Assembly: GCA_012799455.1 (NCBI GenBank)
Contig: JAAZLE010000014.1
Span: forward strand, 42,324 to 106,323
From: Clostridiales bacterium
GTDB taxonomy: Bacteria; Bacillota; Clostridia; Christensenellales; DTU072
Direction of reading: 5' to 3'
DNA: 64,000 bases
In this document: positions 51,217 to 61,768 of the stretch, piece after piece
Layout: the number at the start of each line of letters is the position of its first letter
How positions within the stretch are numbered: the stretch's first letter is position 1
The notes under the pieces: generated by a model
Told to the model about the DNA's origin: nothing
Databases searched by the model: none
The model's input: only the letters and a program-made list of their open reading frames with translations
Translations under genes and position numbers: made by a program

Positions 51217-52275
51217 TTGAAAAAAATAACAGCATTGCTTACTAGTCTAATAGTTACTTTATCAGTATTTTTACTTGGTTCCTGTATAGGAACAACTAAC
51301 ACCCAATCAACCATCAAAAGAAGAAAACCAGCAACAAAAATTCTTGCTTTAGGAGATTCTATTGCAGAAGGCATAATTGGAACAGATCCAGAAAGCGAAC
51401 GTAATAACTATTCATACTTAGAAGTAGTAGGTCAAATCAACAAGTTTAGTTATGAAAACTTGGCTATTGGCGGTAGCGAAACTAAACATCTTCTAAATTA
51501 TATTCTAGGAGAACAATTTAAAGATAGAACCAATCCAACAAAGCCAATAACGAAAGCAGATGTAATCGTCATTTCGATTTTAGGAAACGATCTTTTAGAG
51601 CATGACTTCTACAAGCACTTAGACAACTCTCTAAAAACACCACCTAGCTTTACCGGATATGATGCGGTTTTATCGGAATCATATAAAAACCTTGATAAAA
51701 TTGTAAAACAAATAAGAAAACTAAATAGTGACGCAACTTTGATTTTTCAAACACTTTATAACCCCATATATCCTGGGTCTTCAAAACTAATGACACCTAC
51801 TTGTAGACAGTATATTCGAGACAATTATCGTCCTGGAGCTACAGAAGAAGATTTTTACGACATGACTTCAGTTTTAATGGATAGACTTAACAATGTACTT
51901 TTTAGATACTTAGAAGCGAATCCAAATGCTTTTGAAATACTAGATGTAAACAAAAAGTTCGATACCCTACATAAAAATGACTCGGAAAAATTAGAAAGAC
52001 TCATTTGCGACGATGATGGGCATCCCAGCAACGAAGGACGCGCGGTCATTGCTTGCTTACTCCAGGAATGGCTAGAAAACAATAACTTAGCTACACATTC
52101 TTCTGCGTTTTATAATTACAAAGACTTACGGAAAAAGCAGCTAACTAGACTATATACTGATACTAGCGTTGACATAGATAGCACAAAAGCTTTAATAGAC
52201 AGTGCTAAAATATATGACGAAGTTAACGACGCATACTTCGATGCAACAAATAATATATCTCCAAACGCTGACTAA
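51217..52275 (+). CDS. SGNH/GDSL-family hydrolase lipoprotein (TTG start)
   Basis: LLGSC lipobox. ALGDSIAEG, ILGNDLL and DDGHPSNEG motifs. AAGGAGAA lies upstream of the TTG. Confidence 0.78.
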   Translation: MKKITALLTSLIVTLSVFLLGSCIGTTNTQSTIKRRKPATKILALGDSIAEGIIGTDPESERNNYSYLEVVGQINKFSYENLAIGGSETKHLLNYILGEQFKDRTNPTKPITKADVIVISILGNDLLEHDFYKHLDNSLKTPPSFTGYDAVLSESYKNLDKIVKQIRKLNSDATLIFQTLYNPIYPGSSKLMTPTCRQYIRDNYRPGATEEDFYDMTSVLMDRLNNVLFRYLEANPNAFEILDVNKKFDTLHKNDSEKLERLICDDDGHPSNEGRAVIACLLQEWLENNNLATHSSAFYNYKDLRKKQLTRLYTDTSVDIDSTKALIDSAKIYDEVNDAYFDATNNISPNAD

Positions 52276-52370
52276 TCTGCAATTTAATCAACTTCTATAA
52301 TCTAGAACTTCTTAATCAATATTCCCAAATCCTTATAGATTCACAATTTGAGTGTTTCTAAAACAAACGC

Positions 52371-53570
52371 TTACAATCCAAGTCTTTTTGTCTTCTTACC
52401 CCATAATCCTGGAAGTTTTACTTCCTGGTTTTTTACCTTTTCAATAATCTCAGCATAGCTGTTTATGAACGCTTCTTCTTTTTCTGCGCATTTTTTTGAA
52501 AAAACAGCGAGTTCTTCTATCCCTGCTTTAGCCTTGACTAATGCCTCATAGCCTAAGATAAACTCTTCTTCCAACTCCATTACCTTTTTTGTATGCATAT
52601 CAGCATCAACAAAGCCGCCGAATATAGCTCTATTTAAATATTCTCTTTTCAACCAATAATCCATACTGCTATTGAAATCTAAAAAAACTGGCGGATTAAT
52701 ATGTCCAAAGAAAACTGGCTTAAATACCGATAGACAAGGAGTAGATGATCCTGTAATCCAAATAACTGGAATATCTTCTCTACTATCAACAACCATGCTT
52801 CCTGTTGTATGGTCTCCTAAAAAGCTTTGGTGCATACAGACACTAGAAACACTTCCTTTTGTATATAACTTTTCTCTATCATCAATGTCATGAGCTCTTA
52901 GAGCAGCAAATACATCTTTGATGTTTTTAGCCCCACTCATATTATTACAGCCAGAGGTCTGTCTTTTCATTGAGCCTGCAAAATGAGTAATTAGTTTATT
53001 TGTGTGTTTTTTAGCAAAATCATCTTCCTCAATTGAAAGCCTGTTAGAAATATTCCCATGCCCTATAAGTTTTCTGGTTTTATATTCATATCCAGAAGTT
53101 TCAATAATATATGCGTCATATCTATCAGCGACTAAAAAGCTATTATCATAGTAAAACTTCTTATCAAAGCCACAATTTCCACCCTGACCAAATTTAGTTA
53201 ATAACTTTATTATTTCATCAACCCCTTCTTTTGCATTATCTGCTCTTTCAAGGGCAAGTCTTAAAATGTCCATTCCCAGTAATCGTTCTACTTTTTTACC
53301 TTTTGACTTAGTAAAAACTGCTTCGTTTCCAATAACGACACCGAGCTCATTAATGCCCATCTCAGCACCCCACATCCAGCTAGGCCTAACTAATAAAACA
53401 GAATGTTTTTTATCTACTTCAGGGACTGATATATACGTACACTTAACAAACTCTTCGCTTATTTTTCCACCAAGCATAAACTGCACAAGGTTTGGTTCAT
53501 TACAAGATCTATCGCTATTTTTTGCAAATATTCCGCCTTTTTCAAAGGACTTCCACATAGTATCACACAT
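52371..53570 (-). CDS. C69-family (secernin/dipeptidase-like) Ntn-hydrolase
   Basis: N-terminal MCDT and FAKNSDRSCNEP motifs. Confidence 0.6.
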   Translation of the reverse strand: MCDTMWKSFEKGGIFAKNSDRSCNEPNLVQFMLGGKISEEFVKCTYISVPEVDKKHSVLLVRPSWMWGAEMGINELGVVIGNEAVFTKSKGKKVERLLGMDILRLALERADNAKEGVDEIIKLLTKFGQGGNCGFDKKFYYDNSFLVADRYDAYIIETSGYEYKTRKLIGHGNISNRLSIEEDDFAKKHTNKLITHFAGSMKRQTSGCNNMSGAKNIKDVFAALRAHDIDDREKLYTKGSVSSVCMHQSFLGDHTTGSMVVDSREDIPVIWITGSSTPCLSVFKPVFFGHINPPVFLDFNSSMDYWLKREYLNRAIFGGFVDADMHTKKVMELEEEFILGYEALVKAKAGIEELAVFSKKCAEKEEAFINSYAEIIEKVKNQEVKLPGLWGKKTKRLGL

Positions 53571-53758
53571 ACAAAATCTCCTATGTATTTATTGATTATC
53601 ATTATACCACACCTAATTACCTAATTAAATTGTAAATATTTGCTACCCCCCTTTATTTCAACACAATAAAAGCATCTTTCTAAGCACATACTCTCTTTTT
53701 TTTTGCTATAATTAAGGTAATCACTATATATTCATATTAATGATAGGATATTAAAAAG

Positions 53759-55312
53759 ATGAAAGTTGTATTTTTAGCTCTCAATTCAAGTTATATTCAT
53801 ACACTGCTAGCTCCAAGATATTTGGTAGCTAACTGTTCATATCCTGTAGAAATAATTGAAACAAATGTAAACATTCCTATAGAAGATATTGTCGAAATGT
53901 TACTTGCAAGACAACCTGATGTTCTAGCTATTAGTTGTTATATTTTTAACATAAAAGTTATAAACAAGCTCCTTCCAATAATAAAAGATAAACTCCCTGA
54001 TATTAAGATTATTCTTGGAGGATATGAAGTATCATATACGCCTGAAAATTACCTTGATGTCGCTGACTATATATTACAAGGAGAAGGTGATTTAACTTTT
54101 GGGGAACTAATACTAGACATATACAACGAAAAAACGCAAGTTCCAATTAAAGGAACTCAAGCTGAACTGGTTGATTCTTTAAAAAGTCCTTACACTGAAG
54201 ATTGCTCACAAAGTGATATAAAAAAATCATATCAAGACCGAATTATAAAAGGAGCTCCCATTGAATTTTTAGACTCTTTAAAAAGCCCCTATACAGAGGA
54301 ATACTGTTCACAAGGTGATACAAAAATAATATATTATGAAAGTTCCAGAGGATGTCCTTTTAAGTGTAGTTATTGTATGTCTAGTGATTCGCGTGTTCGG
54401 GCATTTTCTCTTCAAAGAGTATATTCCGATCTTGACACGATAATGAGTTACAACCCTAAACTTTTAAAGTTTGTGGACCGTACATTCAATTACAATTTAA
54501 GTAGAGCAAAAAGCATAATACAATATATAATCCAAAATTATTCAGAAAAATCAACCACCTTCCATTTTGAAGTTGCTCCTGAACTTTTTGATGATGAACT
54601 ATTAGCTCTTTTTTCAGGTGTTCGTGAAAATTTTATTCAACTTGAAATTGGCATTCAATCATTTAATCAGGAAACATTGCGTGCTGTAAACCGAAAGGCA
54701 AACCCTAGCATAATAGAAAAAAACGTATCTTTTCTTGCTAAAACAAACGTCCATATCCATACTGATTTAATAGCCGGGCTTCCTTATGAAGGGTACTTAA
54801 GCTTTGTAAATGGATTCAACAAACTATATTTATTAAGCCCCGATTGTCTTCAATTAGGCTTCCTAAAAGTACTCAAAGGGGCACCTATTGAGAATGATAT
54901 CGATAACTATCGTGTTTCTAAAATTGCCCCATACGAGATAATATCTACTCCATGGCTTAATGAAAATGAAATTAAAAAATTAAAGATAGCTGAAGATATG
55001 CTTAATCTTTACCATAACAGTGGACGCTTTAAAAACACCCTGTCATATATTATTAACTTAATTTATCCCACATCCCCATTTTCATTTTTTTACGAACTTG
55101 GGAAATACTATATTTCAAAGGGCATGACACGCAAAGGCTCTAGTGCTCCTATGCAAAGTCAAGCCGTGTATGACTTTATACGTGACAGTTATTTAAAGAA
55201 AGACGTGCAAACCTTATCACTTACTGACGTTCTCAATGAGTTAACAGACCACCTTAACACTGACTTTGAAAACAGTGGAAACATTCGAAAGTGGAAACGG
55301 AAAACCAAATAA
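53759..55312 (+). CDS. B12-binding-domain radical SAM protein (DUF4080-type C-terminus)
   Basis: An N-terminal Rossmann-like B12-binding region followed by ESSRGCPFKCSYCMS. Confidence 0.82.
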   Translation: MKVVFLALNSSYIHTLLAPRYLVANCSYPVEIIETNVNIPIEDIVEMLLARQPDVLAISCYIFNIKVINKLLPIIKDKLPDIKIILGGYEVSYTPENYLDVADYILQGEGDLTFGELILDIYNEKTQVPIKGTQAELVDSLKSPYTEDCSQSDIKKSYQDRIIKGAPIEFLDSLKSPYTEEYCSQGDTKIIYYESSRGCPFKCSYCMSSDSRVRAFSLQRVYSDLDTIMSYNPKLLKFVDRTFNYNLSRAKSIIQYIIQNYSEKSTTFHFEVAPELFDDELLALFSGVRENFIQLEIGIQSFNQETLRAVNRKANPSIIEKNVSFLAKTNVHIHTDLIAGLPYEGYLSFVNGFNKLYLLSPDCLQLGFLKVLKGAPIENDIDNYRVSKIAPYEIISTPWLNENEIKKLKIAEDMLNLYHNSGRFKNTLSYIINLIYPTSPFSFFYELGKYYISKGMTRKGSSAPMQSQAVYDFIRDSYLKKDVQTLSLTDVLNELTDHLNTDFENSGNIRKWKRKTK

Positions 55313-55316
55313 CTTT

Positions 55317-56708
55317 TTATTCTTCTATTTCTTCTGAAGGCTCTTCAGTTAATTGTTCTTCTACTTTATCTTCTGATTGTCCTACTAAAGCAACATTTTC
55401 TTTTTTCTCTTGTAAATATGCAAACACTAACGGAATAAATGTAAGCGCTGCAACTGCTGCTGCAACATAGAACAGCTCTTTTGAAGGTGTATAACCCGGA
55501 ACTGCTACACCATCGTAATATAGGGTAATTGCTTTTCCAAGATTTTTTATTACTGGGTTTGCTATAGCAGGTCCTAGTACCATCGGTATACAAACATAGA
55601 AGAATAATCTTACTCCTTCTAGTTGTCCACGCTGCTCTTCGGGATAAAGGTTTTTACACCACATCATCAATGCTTGATATATGACCATATATCCACCACC
55701 GACGAATATTATACCAATGACTATTACAAACTTGTTTATAAAGTCTCCTTCTCCTACGAAGTGTGATATTACCATTAGGAATAAACCTACAATATTCCCA
55801 ATCAAGGCGACCCCTACCACTGGGACATATTTTTTCTTATTAATAAACTTTCCTGCAACTAATGTAAATGGTATGGCAATTATTAACCCAATTCCAAGGA
55901 GTATACCAGAAATCCCTTCGTCATATCCTCTTGTGTAAATAAAGTAGTTTATAAGGTGTGGGAAATACACATTAAAACTAATAAAGAACATTGCAAAAAT
56001 TAATAAAACAAGAAGTAACATTTTATTCTTTAATAGCAACTTGAAGTTAAACGCTTGAGCAAACTGGTGAAAATATCCTTTGGGATGCACGCTGGGTTTA
56101 AGAGTAGGCGAATCTTTTAATGTAAAAGCGCAAAACACTCCAACAAGCGCAACAAATGTTCCCATTATAACAAAAAATGCAAAGTATCCCAGTGCATTAA
56201 TAATTAGTCCACCAATAACTGAACCGACAATGGTTGCAAGTACTGGCTGAACGGCGACAACAGCCCCGAGCCCCCCTCTATTGTTTTCATTGCTAATATC
56301 TGTAGTCCAGGGATTAAATCCAGCATCATTTCCAAGTGACCCAAAAAACGACATGATAGCATCAGCTATAACTACCATAGAAGCTAAAACCATAATATTA
56401 TTATTGGGTAAAAATTCTATCGCACCAAAGACAATAGTAAACAAGCCCCACAGTATGTAACCTACAACAATAAATGGTTTTCTCTTCCCTAGCCTATCCG
56501 ACCCAGTACCTGAAATAAATGTGGATAATGTTGAGACAATGGCGCTAACTGCAACCATCCAAGTAATAATACTGGGATCTGGAGCAACTTTAGCATACAC
56601 AAATGTATTGAACCACTGGTTTTCAATGTTCCAACATAGTTGTCCCGCAAGTCCTGCCACCCATATTATTAGCCAATTTTTCTTACTAATCTTATCGCTT
56701 TTTCCCAT
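55317..56708 (-). CDS. MFS-type transporter (12 TM)
   Basis: 463 aa polytopic protein with an acidic C-terminal tail. Substrate unknown. Confidence 0.75.
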   Translation of the reverse strand: MGKSDKISKKNWLIIWVAGLAGQLCWNIENQWFNTFVYAKVAPDPSIITWMVAVSAIVSTLSTFISGTGSDRLGKRKPFIVVGYILWGLFTIVFGAIEFLPNNNIMVLASMVVIADAIMSFFGSLGNDAGFNPWTTDISNENNRGGLGAVVAVQPVLATIVGSVIGGLIINALGYFAFFVIMGTFVALVGVFCAFTLKDSPTLKPSVHPKGYFHQFAQAFNFKLLLKNKMLLLVLLIFAMFFISFNVYFPHLINYFIYTRGYDEGISGILLGIGLIIAIPFTLVAGKFINKKKYVPVVGVALIGNIVGLFLMVISHFVGEGDFINKFVIVIGIIFVGGGYMVIYQALMMWCKNLYPEEQRGQLEGVRLFFYVCIPMVLGPAIANPVIKNLGKAITLYYDGVAVPGYTPSKELFYVAAAVAALTFIPLVFAYLQEKKENVALVGQSEDKVEEQLTEEPSEEIEE

Positions 56709-56815
56709 AACGCCCTCTCAAATAAAAACTTCTATTACGTTAATTATACACCAAAAAACGCTTAGTAAACATAAGCATTTATCCTACATGCAAACATATT
56801 AAAAACTTATGCAGA

Positions 56816-58441
56816 TCATTTCCAAGAAACATTCTTCAAAGATATCCTATCTATTTCTTCTTCTATATTATTCATTCCCCTTGTGTTGCTTGTTCTTGGA
56901 GTCACAACGAAGTTATCTACAGTCAGACCATCAACATACCGTGCAAATAAACCATAAACAGGCAAATCCCAATAAAAACTAAAATCATGATTAATAATGT
57001 ACATATGAGAAACTCTTGTGATTTCTGGATATCCCCCCATATTTAAACTTCCCTGATATGCACCTTTTGAATTTTTATATATGTTAAGTTTTTCCTTTGC
57101 ATCTCTATACACAACCGAAATGTTGCTTAGTCTTACATTCTCTACATAATTTATTTTTGATCCTTTTTTATATCCTGTTATTGCACTAGGCATATCACAT
57201 CCAGTTGCAGTAATATCCGAAATTGTAATGTTTTTCAATTCGCCTTCGCCATGTCTATATCCAAGCCAAATTAAAAGTGGCGAAGTAATATGCTCCATAA
57301 TAATATTTTGTATCGTAATATCACTAACTGTGGAGCCATCCACACTTTCAATGGCAATCCCTGCATATCCACCTGCTATACCAGGCATGAAGAAAAAGCA
57401 GTTTCTTACTATAACATTTGAAATAGTATTATACGTAGCTGTTCCAATCTTGAAACAATTAGCAAGAGACATTATCTCGCAGTCTTCTACAATCATTCCA
57501 TCAAGGGGAGGAATATTTTCATCATCTGCTTTAATACAAATAGCATCATCTCCTGTTGCGATAAAACAATGTCTGATATGAATGTTTGATCCACCCTCAA
57601 TATCAAACCCATCAGTGTTTGCAACACGCACATTATTATTGATTACAACATCTTCGATTAGTAAATTATCAACACCTTCTAGTCTTGCAGTCCAGCTACC
57701 AGCTTCATATAGTTCAAGATTTTTAATGGTCACATTTTCACAGTTTTTAATACCGATTAACATAGCTCTTTTAAACTCTGAATCTTTACCCATCATTATT
57801 CTTTTTCTGTGCTCAGTTACATATCGTTTCAAATTAAAGGTATCCAAAGGTAAAAATAAAGACTCCTCTTTTGCTTTGTTTACATAACTAGCACCATTCC
57901 CTGCAATTCGTCCCGGACCTTCTATTATTACGTTTTCTGAGTCTATAGCAGAAATAAATCCAAATTCATCTAGCCTGTCTTCTGCATTTAATAATCTATT
58001 TTCATCATATGTAATACACTCGAGAGTTGCATCTTTTTCTATTCGTAAGGTTACATTACTTTTTAGTCTTAACTTGCTTGTCTTATATACTCCACCTTCT
58101 ACGAAAACTACTCCACCGCCATTTTCAAACGCAACATTGATTGCATTTTGAATGGATATAGCATTATCTTTAAATGATTTACCAACATATGCTCCATAAT
58201 CTCTAATGTCATATGCCGTCCCTTCAATAGCTTCAGCATCATGTAGATATTTCTCAAAAGGGATGTTAGCTAAAAACAGCCCATCTTTATCCATTTTATA
58301 TTTAGCTTCAATTGAAGAACCTTGGCTACTGCTAATTGGCAAATAAAAGTCTAAAAGAACAATCACTAAACTAAGTAGCATAATAACTGGAATCAATATT
58401 CCAATAAATATTTGTAACCTTCCTTTCCTTGATCTACCCAT
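56816..58441 (-). CDS. membrane-anchored glycoside hydrolase family 28 (polygalacturonase-like, parallel beta-helix)
   Basis: NTDGFDIEGGSNIHIRHCFIATGDDAICIKA signature, plus an N-terminal TM helix. Confidence 0.85.
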   Translation of the reverse strand: MGRSRKGRLQIFIGILIPVIMLLSLVIVLLDFYLPISSSQGSSIEAKYKMDKDGLFLANIPFEKYLHDAEAIEGTAYDIRDYGAYVGKSFKDNAISIQNAINVAFENGGGVVFVEGGVYKTSKLRLKSNVTLRIEKDATLECITYDENRLLNAEDRLDEFGFISAIDSENVIIEGPGRIAGNGASYVNKAKEESLFLPLDTFNLKRYVTEHRKRIMMGKDSEFKRAMLIGIKNCENVTIKNLELYEAGSWTARLEGVDNLLIEDVVINNNVRVANTDGFDIEGGSNIHIRHCFIATGDDAICIKADDENIPPLDGMIVEDCEIMSLANCFKIGTATYNTISNVIVRNCFFFMPGIAGGYAGIAIESVDGSTVSDITIQNIIMEHITSPLLIWLGYRHGEGELKNITISDITATGCDMPSAITGYKKGSKINYVENVRLSNISVVYRDAKEKLNIYKNSKGAYQGSLNMGGYPEITRVSHMYIINHDFSFYWDLPVYGLFARYVDGLTVDNFVVTPRTSNTRGMNNIEEEIDRISLKNVSWK

Positions 58442-58522
58442 TTATACTCCGAAAAATAGGCAAGCTACTGCCTATTTTTTTCTTACTTCTAATGTTTTTC
58501 TCTAAAATAATTTCTATGCCTA

Positions 58523-60112
58523 TTATTCCTCGTTTTCCACAGATACATCTTCTTCAACTACTTCTAAATTTTCTACGACAACTTCTTCGGATGAATCAGC
58601 ATTTGCATGGCGTCTTTCATTTAGTTCGTTTACTATCTTTTTATGAAGATCATCATCTAAAGCGTACTTCCAAGTAGGAATTATAGAAAGAAGACACCCT
58701 ATTGCAGGAGGTATTGATACTATGAAAAATAGTATCATCATAAAGTTATCATACTGTGCCATCTCGCGAGGAAGTAAGTCATTCGGCCCCATATTTGCGA
58801 TGTATTCATTTAAATCTGCAATTGCAGCATCTGAAAACCCCACTGCTGCATATGCAATTGAAGCTAGTATCGTAGCAATTCCAGTTGTGAGTTTTGCAAG
58901 GAATGTTTGACCTGCAAAAAATATTCCGTCAGGCCTATTCCCATTTTTATGTTCCTCATAATCTATACAATCAGCTATCATTGATGACTGAAGCACAGTA
59001 ACTAACCCACTGAAAAAACCATTAACTGCAAAAAGCAAGGTAAAGAAAACTATTAGTGGTATTGAAGTTGCTAGCATTCCTCTAGGAGTTAACATATATG
59101 TCACAAAAATAGCAACAAATGGAAGCGCGCTGGCTAAATTAGATACGTTATATATGCTTTTTTTCTTAAACTTTTTCATTAAAGCAGGAGCCACGCCCAT
59201 TCCGACAAAATTACCTGCAAACATTCCACCACCAAGAACAATCATATACACAAGTGACATAACGGGATCTTTGGTTGCAAAATAGTAATTAATTAAAGGC
59301 ATAGCTGCAAGAGCAATAAGCATTTTGGGACTTCCTAAAATACCTGATAACATTATTTGCATAAAGGGCTTATTGTTTTTCATTGTAATGAAGTTTTCTT
59401 TTAGTGAAGGTTTCTTTTCAGTAGAAGCCACCCTTTCTTTTACCTTGAATCCACCTAGTTGAAACAATATGGTTCCAATAACTGCAAACAGTAATGCCCC
59501 TAAGAAAAAGCCCCATCTTTCTCCATTAGCTGCAGAAATTCCAAGCGATGCTGTAAGTTTTTCACCAAACGCTAGTGATAATGGGATTATTGCAAGTAGT
59601 GTTATCCCACCCCCTATTCCACCGGCAATTCTAGCAAGTGACAATAATTTATTTCTATCGTGAGTATCTTCTGTCATTAAAGCAGTGATGCCCCAAAGTG
59701 GGATATCGCCGATTGTATACGCCATAGTCCAAATTAAATATGTAAGGGACGCCCATGCAACAATCAAAACATTCATCCCTATGGAATCCCCAAAAAAGCC
59801 AAAGTTTGTAAAACATAAAATTGTTATTATCATTATTGGCACGGGTGTATAGATGAGATATGGTCTACATTTTCCCCATTTACTTCTAGTCTTATCTACT
59901 ATTGTCCCCATCATGAAGTCATTAATTGCGTCCCATACCCTAGTAACTGACATTATTATGCCTACTATGAGAGCTGGTATTAATATGACAAACTGAAAAT
60001 AATACGAAAGTGCGGCACCAATAATATTATAAATAATATTTTGCCCAGCCATTGCAATTAGATAAACTATCATTTCCGACTTAGTATAAGTCAACAGCTT
60101 CTTTTGTTCCAT
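58523..60112 (-). CDS. glycoside-pentoside-hexuronide (GPH) family sugar:cation symporter
   Basis: RVWDAINDFMMGTIVDKTRSKWGKCRPYL (GPH signature); 12 TM. Confidence 0.85.
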   Translation of the reverse strand: MEQKKLLTYTKSEMIVYLIAMAGQNIIYNIIGAALSYYFQFVILIPALIVGIIMSVTRVWDAINDFMMGTIVDKTRSKWGKCRPYLIYTPVPIMIITILCFTNFGFFGDSIGMNVLIVAWASLTYLIWTMAYTIGDIPLWGITALMTEDTHDRNKLLSLARIAGGIGGGITLLAIIPLSLAFGEKLTASLGISAANGERWGFFLGALLFAVIGTILFQLGGFKVKERVASTEKKPSLKENFITMKNNKPFMQIMLSGILGSPKMLIALAAMPLINYYFATKDPVMSLVYMIVLGGGMFAGNFVGMGVAPALMKKFKKKSIYNVSNLASALPFVAIFVTYMLTPRGMLATSIPLIVFFTLLFAVNGFFSGLVTVLQSSMIADCIDYEEHKNGNRPDGIFFAGQTFLAKLTTGIATILASIAYAAVGFSDAAIADLNEYIANMGPNDLLPREMAQYDNFMMILFFIVSIPPAIGCLLSIIPTWKYALDDDLHKKIVNELNERRHANADSSEEVVVENLEVVEEDVSVENEE

Positions 60113-60383
60113 ACTTCCCCCACGCTTATTAAATGTTTAACTTAAGTAATTATACCACACTAAACAAGCCATTCCTATATTCAAAATTTTACCTTAGTAA
60201 ACTATAGGGGTAATCCATTTATCTTTAACTATTAAGCTTTAATGATATACAATAGGTATACAAACTATAAAAGAATTATCTTTTTCACCAGGAACGTCTG
60301 AAAGCCTGTTTTTTTTGCCTTTAAGTCTTAAGTAAATTCTAAAGTCTCATCCCTTTTCTAAACAGCAGGATTAAAAATTTGTT

Positions 60384-61295
60384 TTAGTTTGATTTAGTGT
60401 TGAATGTATATTGAACAAACTTACCGTCTTTGAAAGATATTTCATAAACATATATTTTATTAAATTCCAATAACATCTTGTGATTACTAATCCATCCACC
60501 AGTAAAAACAATCTCTTCATTTGTTAGTTCGGCACTATAATCATATTTTTTGACAGTAATTTTATTAAATTTTTCATAACAGTCATAATTGGTAGTGCCT
60601 AATGAAAAATAATAATCAATACCTGATTCAAATTCGTTTTGCATTTCTGGTGTGGAATTTAGTGCGAATATATCATTATTTAACGATTCGCTTCCATTCC
60701 ATTTATAGTTTGCTCTTACAACTTTAGGCTGTCCAAAACTAGACCAATTGTAATTTTCAATTGTATATGAAAGTGAATAATCTATATTCGGTGGAGATGT
60801 ATAACCAATAGGCAGCGTACCCATAATCCGTTCCCCACAAATGTCATAAAAAGCTATTGCACATTTATCAAACACTTCGTAAGGACCTGCATTTTTCCCT
60901 TTAGATTTCTTTTCCTTACCATCTTCATATTTTATAATCAGTGTCCAGCTGCCACCGTCATCCACTTTATCTGCTAACTCATACGATTCTTTTAGCTTAA
61001 ATAATCCATAAGTATAACAAGTATCTATAAAGGCTTTTTCTTCGTCATCCGTAAACTCTTTACTATTTTGTTCAGAAGACCCGCCTTCTCCAGGTACATA
61101 ATGAATTGATGAATATTTGTTTTCATTGAAATCTAAAATAGATGTGTGTTTAACACCACCATTAAAATCAACAGTTTCATATGTAATTTGTTTAATCTTT
61201 GGACCTTTATACTCTCTTATCCCATTACAAGAGGCAAGTAAAAACACAAATAAAATAATAATAAAACCTACTAATACTACTATCCTTTTCTTCAT
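60384..61295 (-). CDS. hypothetical lipoprotein (303 aa)
   Basis: LLASC lipobox. No family recognised. Confidence 0.6.
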   Translation of the reverse strand: MKKRIVVLVGFIIILFVFLLASCNGIREYKGPKIKQITYETVDFNGGVKHTSILDFNENKYSSIHYVPGEGGSSEQNSKEFTDDEEKAFIDTCYTYGLFKLKESYELADKVDDGGSWTLIIKYEDGKEKKSKGKNAGPYEVFDKCAIAFYDICGERIMGTLPIGYTSPPNIDYSLSYTIENYNWSSFGQPKVVRANYKWNGSESLNNDIFALNSTPEMQNEFESGIDYYFSLGTTNYDCYEKFNKITVKKYDYSAELTNEEIVFTGGWISNHKMLLEFNKIYVYEISFKDGKFVQYTFNTKSN

Positions 61296-61368
61296 ACCTA
61301 ACCACCTTCCCTACAACAATAATAGTCCATTTTCATTAAACTATCAATGCACTCACTAAAAAGAAGGT

Positions 61369-61538
61369 CTGACCCACTTAGTTAGTTTTCATATAATTTA
61401 CTTGGTGGTGCAAGGTCTTAATTGACAGCTCCAGGAGAATTCGTGGGAGACAGTAGTAAAAGCCCTATCCACTATATTAAGTTTTATAACTTGGCTAGAT
61501 ACTACAGCAACCTAAGCCCCCTCGGGGCTTATTTTGTT
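61369..61538 (+). ncRNA. candidate small-RNA unit A (promoter to terminator)
   Basis: CTGACC (61369), 17 nt, TATAAT (61392-61397). Then about 110 nt, ending in AAGCCCC-CTC-GGGGCTT followed by ATTTTGTT (61514-61538). Confidence 0.35.
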
Positions 61539-61598
61539 ACCTTTTTTACTTCTCAATCTTTTCACGCTCGCACTTACTACCCTTATTATGTCTCCTAG

Positions 61599-61761
61599 TT
61601 GATTTTCTCATTTTATTCTCCCATAACCTCAATATGAGACGGAAATTCTAGATAGAATGCTTTCAGCAAGCTGGAAAGACATTGCGGAAGTCCGAGTCCC
61701 CTCGAAGCACGGTATAAGACCGCAAGCATTTAAGCCCTTACCTTAGGGGCTTTTTTGTTTT
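61599..61761 (+). ncRNA. candidate small-RNA unit B (promoter to terminator)
   Basis: TTGATT (61599), 17 nt, CATAAC (61622). Nested helices ATGCTT/AAGCAT, GCGG/CCGC and CGAG-UCCC-CUCG. Terminator AAGCCCTTA-CCT-TAGGGGCTT plus a T run (61732-61761). Confidence 0.38.
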
Positions 61762-61768
61762 TTAACTC

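Noticed and set aside
60166-60190. Possible dispersed motif CCATT(A)CCTAT(CAT)ATTCAA, shared between the 12.2 kb repeat and the region upstream of the GPH symporter. Similar CCTATAT strings occur at 22.5 kb and 45.3 kb.
   Set aside because: The matches are short, gapped and in AT-rich, G-poor DNA where such similarity is expected by chance. It cannot be supported without a statistical motif search.
60288-60335. Plus-strand hairpin plus T8 run (CAGG-N12-CCTG TTTTTTTT) between two minus-strand genes
   Set aside because: The stem is only 4 bp, and there is no plus-strand transcription unit upstream. It is probably just an A/T run in the promoter region of the GPH symporter gene.
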